DNA of 44,759 bases from a virus. The notes under the pieces are model-generated. The model saw only the letters and a program-made list of their open reading frames with translations, had not been told where the DNA came from and did not search any database. Numbering within the stretch: position 1 is the stretch's first letter; every line of letters starts with the position of its first letter. Shown in pieces: positions 18,772-27,011 of the stretch. The stretch is taken from the IMG/VR virus record IMGVR_UViG_3300032030_000143; one strand, given 5' to 3'. A program made the position numbers and the translations under genes.

Positions 18772-19482
18772 ATGGACAAAATGTATGTGTTAGTTCTGGA
18801 CGTAGAAACCGCTGGTGATGTTGAAACCAACCCTCTTGTCTATGACATTGGGGCTAAAATTGTTGATCTCACAGGCAATGTCGTGGAATGTGGGAGCTGG
18901 GTAATCTATGACATTTATACTCAGCGTGATCTCATGGCTTCTGCTTACTATGCTGCAAAATTGCCGCAGTATGAACATGACATGGCAAATGGCACCCGCA
19001 AGATGGCACGCCTTGAAACTGTCCGCAAAATTATTTGGAAGTGGATGTTCAAGTATAATGCTTTTACCGTTGCCGCTTACAATGCTTCTTTTGACCGCAG
19101 GGCCCTCAACAACACTGTCCGTACTCTTGGCATGGGTAGTTATTTCTTTCCCTTTAAGGCTGAATTTATCGACATTTGGCGGATGGCTTGTCTGTCTATT
19201 TGTATGATGAAAAGCTATCATCAGATGGCGTATGAAAACGGCTGGTATAGTGATGCTGGCAATATCCGTACAAATGCTGAAACTGTGTATAGCTTTCTCA
19301 CAAATGCGCCTGATTTTGAGGAATCTCATACTGCCCTTGAAGATGTCGATATTGAAACGGAAATTATGCTTTACTGTTGGAAAAAGGTAAAAGCGCAAGA
19401 CCGTGGCATCGTTGGCAATCCGTGGAAAATCCCGCAAAAAGAATGGATTTTTCATGAAGCAAAGTTCGATGAAATTATTTAA
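18772..19482 (+). CDS. DEDDh-family 3'-5' exonuclease (DnaQ-like), paralog 1
   Basis: Exo motifs LDVETAG (I), AYNASFDRRAL (II) and HTALEDVDIE (III); ORF track; canonical terminator at 19487-19518. Confidence 0.8.
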   Translation: MDKMYVLVLDVETAGDVETNPLVYDIGAKIVDLTGNVVECGSWVIYDIYTQRDLMASAYYAAKLPQYEHDMANGTRKMARLETVRKIIWKWMFKYNAFTVAAYNASFDRRALNNTVRTLGMGSYFFPFKAEFIDIWRMACLSICMMKSYHQMAYENGWYSDAGNIRTNAETVYSFLTNAPDFEESHTALEDVDIETEIMLYCWKKVKAQDRGIVGNPWKIPQKEWIFHEAKFDEII

Positions 19483-19486
19483 TAAA

Positions 19487-19518
19487 ATCGCAGGGAAAAA
19501 TCCCTGCGATTTTTTAAT
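19487..19518 (+). terminator. rho-independent terminator
   Basis: AAAATCGCAGGGA..TCCCTGCGATTTTTT. Confidence 0.75.
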
Positions 19519-19683
19519 TGAAAATTTAAAAAAAATATTATAAAATATTTATAGAAAATAAAAAATGAATATTATCGAATAAATATTCACCGCCCGGGCA
19601 ATCTTTTTTTAAAAATCCTATTGACAAGTCCTAAAAGATGATGTATAATAAAGGCACAAAGAAAGAAAAGGAGAAATAAAAAA

Positions 19684-20226
19684 ATGATTACTGCTAATGA
19701 ACTGATGAAAATTGAAATGGAAAGACAGGCCGCTCTGGAAGCAAGAAAGTTAAAGCATGAACAGTCTGCCGAAGCAATTAAGGCCGCAAGGCTTGAACAG
19801 GCAAAGGTAAATTATGAACATGCAAAAGAAAATGTAATTAAATTGTGCGAAGACCGCGTTGGGGCTTTGATTGAAGAAAACATCCAGAAGCAAGGCATTG
19901 ATAACTTTTCTATGCGGTTGCTGGTATCGCTTTTCACTGATGAATTGGGTAATAAACTTTTCAAAGTCGCATCTAAGGATGAGTTTATCCCTGAGAGTCC
20001 CAAAAAGCGAAGCAGATTTAGAAATAATGATCGTGAATATTTCATTGTTAATAGCTCTGATTTTTGTTATAAAACTTTTCAGCAATATTTAAGAAAGCAT
20101 GGCTTTAGAGTTGTGCAGGAACGCAGTAAAGAAACTGTCCCGTCAAGATGGTCTTTCCATTCTACCATTACTTGTAATGTTATCAATATTACTTTATTAA
20201 ATTCTCCTATTAAGAATGAGGATTAA
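19684..20226 (+). CDS. hypothetical protein (180 aa) with coiled-coil N-terminus
   Basis: ORF track; promoter at 19621-19655; AAAAGGAGAAAT RBS; terminator hairpin at 20210-20232. Confidence 0.7.
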   Translation: MITANELMKIEMERQAALEARKLKHEQSAEAIKAARLEQAKVNYEHAKENVIKLCEDRVGALIEENIQKQGIDNFSMRLLVSLFTDELGNKLFKVASKDEFIPESPKKRSRFRNNDREYFIVNSSDFCYKTFQQYLRKHGFRVVQERSKETVPSRWSFHSTITCNVINITLLNSPIKNED

Positions 20227-20325
20227 TTCCTCATTCGCCCGGGCGCCAGATTGTTAAATAAATAACTATTAAAAAAGGTATTGACTTTTCGCTAAAAGAG
20301 AGTATAATAATAATTGTTAAGGGGA

Positions 20326-20590
20326 GGGGCTCCCAAAAAAACAAAATCGCCTGTGGGATTTAACTGGCGACCTGATAAAAAAAATTCTTGAAACAAAGAA
20401 AAACCCCTTGACAAGCTCCACTTAATGTGGTATAATGAATACAGTTAAGAGGGCGGTGGAAACCACGATACGCACCGTTTGTGCTGATGAAAGAAACAAG
20501 CCCGAAAAAAATTTCAAAGAAATTTGAAATCCCTCTTGACAAACCCCACAAGCTGTGGTACAATAAGTATGTAAGGTAAAGAGAAAACGA
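20326..20590 (+). ncRNA. array II of short promoter-driven non-coding transcripts
   Basis: Consensus promoters at 20281-20325, 20406-20442 and 20540-20575 with no ORFs or RBS between them. Confidence 0.35.
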
Positions 20591-20657
20591 ACGGAGCCTT
20601 GTCCTACTAAAAGGCTTTAGAATCTGGTAGGTAAATCTTTTGAAAGAGGTAGATACT

Positions 20658-21047
20658 ATGGCTAATTCTGCTACTGATCGCAAGCCCACCAAGCGTGACC
20701 ACTTCAATCGGCTTTACACCATCGTGCAGGAGGGTTCTTATCCCGATGCTGACGAGCTGATGGGCTTTATTGAGCACGAGCTGGAACTGCTCGATAAGAA
20801 GAACTCCGGTGAGAAGAAGCCCACCGCCAAGCAGGTCGCTAATGCGGCTCTGGGTGAGGCCATTATCGGCTGGATGGAGCCCAATACCCTCTATCTGTCT
20901 GCCGAGGTTGCCAAGACTTGCCCCGCTGTCATTGACGCGGGTGCTACTCAGGGCACTGTCACCGCTATCTTGACCCAGCTTTACAAGGCTGGCAAGATTG
21001 TCCGTACCGAGGACAAGCGCAAGAACTATTACTCTCTCGCAGAGTAA
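20658..21047 (+). CDS. hypothetical protein, paralog family B (129 aa)
   Basis: ORF track frame, start at MANSATDRKPTKRD; conserved leader at 20594-20657. Confidence 0.7.
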   Translation: MANSATDRKPTKRDHFNRLYTIVQEGSYPDADELMGFIEHELELLDKKNSGEKKPTAKQVANAALGEAIIGWMEPNTLYLSAEVAKTCPAVIDAGATQGTVTAILTQLYKAGKIVRTEDKRKNYYSLAE

Positions 21048-21088
21048 TAGTCCCCTGCAAGGGGGAGAATAATCTCCCCCTAATCTAT

Positions 21089-21164
21089 GCGGGCATAGCT
21101 CAGATGGAAGAGCACTTGACTTTTAATCAAGGGGTCGGGGGTTCAAATCCCCCTGCCCGCACCA
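21089..21164 (+). tRNA. tRNA-Lys (anticodon UUU), CCA encoded
   Basis: Anticodon stem-loop CTTGA/CTTTTAA/TCAAG; T-arm GGGGGTTCAAATCCCCC; acceptor GCGGGCA/TGCCCGC. Confidence 0.85.
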
Positions 21165-21310
21165 CTAATTTCCCATCTCCTTTCTGTCTTTTGGCGGTTC
21201 CTACCCTATGGGTAGGAATTGCGCCCGGGCGAATTGTTAAATAAATAACTATTAAAAAAGGTATTGACTTTTCGCCAAAAGAGAGTATAATAATAATTGT
21301 CAAGGGGAGA

Positions 21311-21909
21311 AAGAAAACAACCTCTCTCAGGCGTGTAACCTGATGTAAGTAAAATCAAATCTCTTCAAAAAAATGGAAAAACCCCTTGACAGACTCACAG
21401 GTTTGTGATATAATGGATACAGTCAAGAGGGAGAGCCGAGAGTTGAAAAACATCGCCAAGGCTCGAAAAAAAATAAAAAAAATCTCCAAAACCCTCTTGA
21501 CAAGACCACGAACCTGTGGTATAATGATTATGCCATCTACCCATCTGCGTAGGGTAGTGAGGGGGACGCAGACCCCAAGAAGCGAGCAACGGCTTACAGA
21601 GAGCGCTGGACTCCGCGCCCATCGAGGCGGGAAGTGCTGGTAGAGCAGGGGACACCAGACGCCAGAACACAAGGGCATGTGGAATGGCAACACTTTTCCT
21701 GTATTGATTTGTCGGTTTTTAAGTAAACCTTCCGCAGTTTTGGACTGTTATAAGTTCTGCGTAAATAAAAACTTGCAAAAGAAATGGGTAAAGGCGTTGA
21801 GCGTGTATGTCTACCCCATTAAAAACGCTACAAAGGGTTTTACGGCAGGAGACCTATATAGGGGTGAGAAACCTATTCCCCTAATTTATAAGCGCGTGTA
21901 ACTTAAAAT
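21311..21909 (+). ncRNA. array III: short transcripts plus about 380 nt of GC-rich non-coding leader preceding the tRNAs
   Basis: Promoters at 21265-21310, 21378-21412 and 21496-21530. Track ORFs in this stretch overlap on both strands and lack RBS. Confidence 0.3.
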
Positions 21910-21986
21910 GGTGGGGTCTTCCAATCGTTTAGGATATGCAGTTAGTAGCTGTAAGATGGTGGTAATCGACTAATCCACCCCGCACC
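21910..21986 (+). tRNA. irregular tRNA-like element (possible tRNA pseudogene or non-canonical tRNA)
   Basis: Acceptor, D-like arm and anticodon-like arm (TGCAG/TTAGTAG/CTGTA) can be drawn, but the T-region GGTGG-TAATCGACTAAT-CCACC has a 12-nt loop. Confidence 0.3.
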
Positions 21987-21992
21987 TATCAT

Positions 21993-22079
21993 GGCCCCTT
22001 CTACTAATTGGATAGGTAATCAGGCTTTCAACCTGAAAATGGTGAGTTCAAACCTCCCAGGGGTCACCAATAATATCCT
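21993..22079 (+). tRNA. tRNA-Glu (anticodon UUC), CCA encoded
   Basis: GGCCCCTTC... start typical of tRNA-Glu; anticodon arm TCAGG/CTTTCAA/CCTGA; T-stem has one U.C mismatch. Confidence 0.6.
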
Positions 22080-22232
22080 CTCTCCTTTCTTTCCCTCCTT
22101 TCTCTTTCGGGCTCTACCACTTTAATGTGGTAGAGTTCCCGCCCGGGCGATTTGTTAATGTTTTAACACAGCTTGACAGGAAGAAAGAAAGATGCTATAA
22201 TATAATCACCAAAAGGAAAGGATTTTGAACAA

Positions 22233-22463
22233 ATGAAAGAAAAGATTTTGGCTTGTCTTAATCGTTATCCCGGAGCCCGCAAACGTGAAGTTGCCACAGA
22301 AATTCATTGCCCTGTAAATGGTATATTTCTTCATAGCTTTAGCGAGCTGGAAGATATTGGTTTTATCCAGCATGTTACTATTAATGATCCTGCGAATATG
22401 GAATTTTATGATAAATGGTACTTGACAGATGTCGGGTATCGTGCTATAATGAATGTAGACTAA
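22233..22463 (+). CDS. small winged-helix-like protein (76 aa)
   Basis: ORF track; promoter at 22170-22205; AAAGGAAAGGAT RBS; C-terminal WYLTDVGYRAIM resembles 26273-26443. Confidence 0.6.
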   Translation: MKEKILACLNRYPGARKREVATEIHCPVNGIFLHSFSELEDIGFIQHVTINDPANMEFYDKWYLTDVGYRAIMNVD

Positions 22464-22482
22464 AAGGAAGGGGGAAACACTA

Positions 22483-22899
22483 ATGGCAAAAATTACATTG
22501 ACTGAAAAAAATATTGCCGATTACATGAAGCGGAATAAGTGCAATCGTGAAGAAGCTATCGAACTTATCAACTATGATAATGCGATAGAGGGCGGCGAAG
22601 AAACTGAATATGACCTTAGCCCTGAGCAGGTAAAAGTCGTGCAGGAAATGAACCGCAAGATTGACCATGCGAAGCCCACCACTATTAAGCGGGAGCGCAA
22701 GCCGAATGAATTGAAAGAAGCTCTTGTAGCCGCACTTGCGGACTTCCTTGAAAATACTTGCGAATTTGAAATGAAAGACAACGGGGTTATTTATTGTGGT
22801 GATGTAGAAATTACCAACAAAAACCGTATGATTCATTTCACTTGCAAAGACAAGGAATTTGACCTCCAGCTTATTGAAAAGCGGGCAAAAAAGTCCTAA
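22483..22899 (+). CDS. hypothetical protein (138 aa), paralog of 5818-6177
   Basis: ORF track; promoter embedded at 22418-22455; GGAAGGGGGAAA RBS; terminator hairpin at 22900-22920. Confidence 0.65.
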   Translation: MAKITLTEKNIADYMKRNKCNREEAIELINYDNAIEGGEETEYDLSPEQVKVVQEMNRKIDHAKPTTIKRERKPNELKEALVAALADFLENTCEFEMKDNGVIYCGDVEITNKNRMIHFTCKDKEFDLQLIEKRAKKS

Positions 22900-23418
22900 A
22901 TAGGCGAATCCCCGAACTTTTCGGGGCAATTCGCCCGGGCCATTTGTTAAATAAATAACTTATAAATAGATATTGACAACTACCCCCAATCCTGTTATAA
23001 TATAATTGTTCCAAGGGAAAGCAAGAAAGTGACTGAGTCTGTTAGATTTGAGTCTGCGAATGGGTGCACACATTCATGATTCGTTCCTCAGCCAGTCGGT
23101 CAACCTTGTGGAAGCTTCTTACCAAGGAACATTCTCTGGGTAGGATTTGCTACCCTACCCATACAAATTTAATATAGGGAAGACGTAGGAAAGGAGTTAG
23201 TAAAACATGGTTTTACTACTGCGTTTACCGCATCTTTGACACTTCTGCGGTGTTATAAATTTTGAGACACTACCCACCTATTGGTACGGTGGGCGAGTGC
23301 CCGGGCGCAAAGATTGTTAAAAATTTAATTATTAAAAAATCTATTGACTTTCTGCCGAAAAAGAGTATAATAATAATTGTCCAAAGGATAAAAAATAAAA
23401 AAAGGAAGAATAAAAAAA

Positions 23419-23820
23419 ATGAAGTGTGCCGCAGAATTGATTATGATGAAGAATAAAGCAGTTGAAGCCCATAATGCCATTGTTAATGCTAAATACGAAG
23501 AGATGGTTGCGAATGCGATTAATCTTTGTGAGACAACTATTAACGATGCACTTACTAAAAAGGCGGAAGACAGAGAGCTTTTGAAAGTTGCGTATTGGGT
23601 TGGAACTTATACAGATGAACTTGGTCATGAATTTTTCCGCTTTGGTGCACATCGTACACATTTGATTTCATCTCAGCCAGCTTATGCTATGGAGCCTTTT
23701 ATTGATTATCTTCATAAGTTTTGCCTTGAAGTAAATATAGGTGAGGCGGATGGAAGTGGAGATAGAAAACTCACTGTCTACGTTCCAAAGAAAGATGATA
23801 ATAGAATCTGTGGTGTGTAA
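23419..23820 (+). CDS. hypothetical protein (133 aa)
   Basis: ORF track; promoter at 23345-23390; AAAGGAAGAAT RBS. Confidence 0.65.
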   Translation: MKCAAELIMMKNKAVEAHNAIVNAKYEEMVANAINLCETTINDALTKKAEDRELLKVAYWVGTYTDELGHEFFRFGAHRTHLISSQPAYAMEPFIDYLHKFCLEVNIGEADGSGDRKLTVYVPKKDDNRICGV

Positions 23821-23930
23821 GGGGAGTTAATCTTCCCTAACCGCCCGGGCGGATTGTTAAATAAATAACTTTTAAAAAAGGTATTGACTTTTCTGTAAAA
23901 ACGAGTATAATAATAATTGTTAAGGGGAGC

Positions 23931-24335
23931 GGTAAAGAGTGAGAACAAGCGCTGACCGCGAAAAAAAATAAACTATACTAGGATGGGAAAACCCCTTGAC
24001 AAGTCCCACAAAGTGTGGTATAATAAAGATGTTGATAGGGAAGAGCCGAGCAAGGACGCAATTTGGACGGTGCGCGCGTGAAAAGCTACTGCCTATGGCT
24101 CAATAAAAAAAATAAAAATATTTCCTAAACCCTATTGACAAAACCACATGCCTGTGGTATAATAAGTATGTAAATAAGGGCGAGCAGGTTGAGTAGCCCC
24201 CCTAGGGGGCAAAAGTTAAATGGGGGGTTCGATTCCCCCCACGCCCCCAAAAAAAATAAAAATGGTCTTGACAAAAGCTTAAACCTATGATATAATAAGT
24301 ATGTAAGCAAGAGGGAGTTGAAAATCCCCTGCTAA
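23931..24335 (+). ncRNA. array IV of short promoter-driven transcripts, including a tRNA-like element
   Basis: Promoters at 23884-23930, 23996-24032, 24133-24168 and 24269-24300 with no ORFs. Confidence 0.35.
24178..24249 (+). ncRNA. tRNA-like element without a D-arm, carrying a CUA-containing GC hairpin
   Basis: Acceptor-like pairing GGGCGAG/CACGCCC (6 of 7 bp); canonical T-arm GGGGGG-TTCGATT-CCCCCC; GC hairpin GCCCC-CCCTAGG-GGGGC with CTA at 24202-24204; own promoter. Confidence 0.35.
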
Positions 24336-24401
24336 TAAAAGCCTTGTCCTACTAAAAGGCTTTAGAATCTGGTAGGTAAAAAAACGAAAGAGGTAGATAC
24401 T

Positions 24402-24782
24402 ATGGCTAATTCTGCTACTGATCGCAAGCCCACCAAGCGTGACCGCTTCAACGAACTGCTCGGCATTCCCGCCGTGGCTGAGAATGAGGATCTGGTTGAG
24501 TTTATCAATCACGAGATTGAACTGCTCGACAAGAAGAACACCGCGGAGCGGAAGCCCACTGCTAAGCAGGTCGCTAATGAGGGGTATAAGGCAGCCATTC
24601 TCGGCTGGATGGAGCCTAACCACCTGTATCTGGCGGCTGAGATCGTCAAGGGGTGTCCCACTATTGTGGAAAACGGTGTCACCGCTGGCACTGTGACCGC
24701 CCTGCTGACCCAGCTTTATAAGGCTGGCAAGATTGTCCGCACTGAGGACAAGCGCAAGAATTATTACTCCCTTGCGGAGTAA
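24402..24782 (+). CDS. hypothetical protein, paralog family B (126 aa)
   Basis: ORF track; conserved leader at 24336-24401; about 70% identical to 20658-21047. Confidence 0.7.
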   Translation: MANSATDRKPTKRDRFNELLGIPAVAENEDLVEFINHEIELLDKKNTAERKPTAKQVANEGYKAAILGWMEPNHLYLAAEIVKGCPTIVENGVTAGTVTALLTQLYKAGKIVRTEDKRKNYYSLAE

Positions 24783-24823
24783 TAATTCCCCCATGGGGGA
24801 TAGGTAAATCCCCCACCCTATAC

Positions 24824-24897
24824 GGGCGTGTAGCTGAGGGGTTTAGCAATAGGCTGTTAACCTATGGACGAAGGTTCGAGACCTTCCACGCTCGCCA
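24824..24897 (+). tRNA. tRNA-Asn (anticodon GUU), CCA encoded
   Basis: Acceptor GGGCGTG/CACGCTC; anticodon arm ATAGG/CTGTTAA/CCTAT; T-arm GAAGG-TTCGAGA-CCTTC. Confidence 0.8.
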
Positions 24898-25079
24898 CTA
24901 CTTCTCTTTTTAGTCTCCTTTCTTTCTCTCCTTTCTTTTTCCCCCTTTGTGGGACTCTACCACTTTAATGTGGTAGAGTCTCCGCCCGGGCACTTTGTTA
25001 AAACCTTAACAAAATAAACCGCTTGACATAATTCCAATAGTATGTTATAATTTTTATAGTAAAAAATAAGGAGCGTTAA

Positions 25080-25289
25080 ATGATGGCGGATAACCCTGTG
25101 TCATGGTTTTTCCTTACCGTAATTGGTATTTATTTTATTTGTCGCTTTTTTAAAAAAGTTATTGATGAAAGCGAACGCCTAAAAGCAGAAAGAGAAAAAG
25201 CCTGTCAAGAAATTTTCTTTGAAAATTCTCTTGACAAAACGAACGCTATGGCGTATAATAGATTTATCAACAGGAGGGAAAACAAATGA
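25080..25289 (+). CDS. small protein with N-terminal TM helix (69 aa)
   Basis: ORF track; promoter at 25021-25058; AAGGAG RBS; the 3' end contains the promoter for the next gene. Confidence 0.55.
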   Translation: MMADNPVSWFFLTVIGIYFICRFFKKVIDESERLKAEREKACQEIFFENSLDKTNAMAYNRFINRRENK

Positions 25290-25990
25290 ACTACATGATG
25301 ATTGATACTGAGACTACTAATAGTCTTGATGATCCCCTTGCCTACGATGTAGGTTTTGAGGTCTTTAATCGTGACGGTAACACTATTGAAACGGCATCTT
25401 TGACTAACAAAGATTTGTTTCTTGATAAAGATTTTATGTCCACCGCTTACTATGCCGAAAAAATTCCTAACTATTGGAAAGAGATTTGGGCAAAAGAGCG
25501 TGAACTTTTGACTTGGCGAGAAATCAAGTGGAGAGTGTTTGATGCTTGTAAACGGAACAATTGTCAGATTGTGGCGGCCCATAACGCTATGTTTGACAAT
25601 CGGGCATTAAATCTGACCCAGCGTTATATTACTACCAGTCAGCACCGTTATTTCCTGCCGTATGGTGTAACTTGGTGGGACACTCTAAAAATGGCTCGTG
25701 AAGTCCTCGGCAAAGATGAAACTTATGCACGATTTTGTGAATACTTTGGATATACCACTGCAAAAGGTAAGCCCCGCTTTACCGCTGAAATTGTGTATAA
25801 ATACATTAGCGGGGATATAGATTTTGAGGAACGACACACCGGCCTTGAAGATGTCAAGATAGAAAAAGATATTTTTCTTTACTGTCTTGACCGTGTTCCC
25901 GACATAGATGGGCGGCTTTGGAAACCGAAGCCGGAGCCGCCCCGAAAAATGGAACCTTGGGAAATCGAATTACAAGAATTACTTGCATAA
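25286..25990 (+). CDS. DEDDh-family 3'-5' exonuclease, paralog 2
   Basis: Motifs IDTETTN, AHNAMFDNRAL and HTGLEDVKIE; ORF track; CAGGAGGGAAAA RBS. Confidence 0.8.
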   Translation: MNYMMIDTETTNSLDDPLAYDVGFEVFNRDGNTIETASLTNKDLFLDKDFMSTAYYAEKIPNYWKEIWAKERELLTWREIKWRVFDACKRNNCQIVAAHNAMFDNRALNLTQRYITTSQHRYFLPYGVTWWDTLKMAREVLGKDETYARFCEYFGYTTAKGKPRFTAEIVYKYISGDIDFEERHTGLEDVKIEKDIFLYCLDRVPDIDGRLWKPKPEPPRKMEPWEIELQELLA

Positions 25991-26004
25991 AGGAGAATAA
26001 AAAA

Positions 26005-26151
26005 ATGAAATACTGTGTTACTCTTGGTTATGAAGTTGAAGTGGAAGCCGACACCCGCGAAGAAGCCATGGACGCCGCTGTCATGACTTTTAGTGAAGAT
26101 ACACACCCCAATGTGTATATAGCATTCATCGACGAGCTGGAAAATGAATAA
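26005..26151 (+). CDS. small acidic hypothetical protein (48 aa)
   Basis: AAAGGAGAAT RBS; coupled to the upstream gene. Confidence 0.5.
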   Translation: MKYCVTLGYEVEVEADTREEAMDAAVMTFSEDTHPNVYIAFIDELENE

Positions 26152-26272
26152 TTTTCCAGCCGCCCGGGCGTTTTATTTCAAAAATTTTAAGTAATTTCGG
26201 CACTTGACAAATAGCTCCTTTTGTATTATACTATAATTGTTCCAAGAGATAAGAAGAAAGGAAGTAAATAAA

Positions 26273-26443
26273 ATGACACGTAATGAAATTATTGGTTATC
26301 TGTGCGGGCATCCTGGCTCTCCTCTTGATGATTCTCCAGTCGTGAGGGAACTGGAAAAAGATGAGATGATTGAATGCCGTAATGGAAAATTTTATCTTAC
26401 TCCTATAGGTTGGAGAATTGCTATGTGGAAATGGGAGGTATAA
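26273..26443 (+). CDS. small winged-helix-like protein (56 aa)
   Basis: Promoter at 26208-26245; AAAGGAAGT RBS; paralog of 22233-22463. Confidence 0.55.
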   Translation: MTRNEIIGYLCGHPGSPLDDSPVVRELEKDEMIECRNGKFYLTPIGWRIAMWKWEV

Positions 26444-26446
26444 AAA

Positions 26447-26623
26447 ATGGATAAAAATAATTATCTTTTTATTTGTGTTTTGAAAATTCTTAAACACCGT
26501 GTTGAGACTGCGCATTCTCCGCAGACTAAAAATGCTTTGATTTTCGCTCATAATCTTTTGGTTTATGCACTTCGTAATGATACCGCCGCTATTGATGCGG
26601 CAATGGAGAAGGAAGGTTTATAA
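26447..26623 (+). CDS. small hypothetical protein (58 aa)
   Basis: GGGAGGTAT RBS; coupled to the upstream gene. Confidence 0.5.
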   Translation: MDKNNYLFICVLKILKHRVETAHSPQTKNALIFAHNLLVYALRNDTAAIDAAMEKEGL

Positions 26624-26624
26624 A

Positions 26625-26696
26625 ATGTTTGTTCGTGATTATGATGAAATGAAAGTTGATGAAGATACTGATGAAGTGTTATGGTGCGGCGAGTAA
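26625..26696 (+). CDS. micro-protein (23 aa), tentative
   Basis: ATG overlaps the upstream stop; a terminator hairpin follows. Confidence 0.3.
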   Translation: MFVRDYDEMKVDEDTDEVLWCGE

Positions 26697-26813
26697 GTCG
26701 CACCTAACTGCCCGGGCAGGAGATTGTTAATTTTTTAATTATTAAAAAAGGTATTGACAGATTAAAAATTATTTGTTATAATGATTACAGAAAACAGAAA
26801 AGGAGAATAAAAA

Positions 26814-27011
26814 ATGAAAATGTACGATTTTCTTTTTGAGTTTACCGAAGACAGCGATAATGAGGGTGAGCAGATTCTTGTCGAAGCATCAAGTCTTGAC
26901 AGTGCTTGGGCTTGTTTAGTATTTGACAATGGCTTTGAATTTAAGGAACTGCGTTTCATTGAGCAGATGGAAACTTGGGAAGGTGAACTTCTCGGCCTTG
27001 ATACTTATTAA
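26814..27011 (+). CDS. acidic hypothetical protein (65 aa)
   Basis: ORF track; promoter at 26755-26790; AAAAGGAGAAT RBS. Confidence 0.6.
   Translation: MKMYDFLFEFTEDSDNEGEQILVEASSLDSAWACLVFDNGFEFKELRFIEQMETWEGELLGLDTY

Noticed and set aside
118-19455. Minus-strand track ORFs in the early region (for example 118-453, 1087-1431, 10600-11085, 11316-11813, 14965-15555, 18790-19455)
   Set aside because: All are antisense to + strand genes that have promoters, strong RBS and recognisable domains. They have no promoters or RBS of their own and give low-complexity products.
21355-21901. Track ORFs 21355-21693 (-), 21386-21643 (+), 21395-21670 (-) and 21677-21901 (+)
   Set aside because: They mutually overlap, have no RBS, and lie in a GC-rich stretch downstream of a promoter and upstream of tRNAs. 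More likely a non-coding leader.
24178-24249. Calling this element a bona fide tRNA gene
   Set aside because: There is no D-arm, a non-standard anticodon stem and no encoded CCA. Reported only as a tRNA-like ncRNA candidate.
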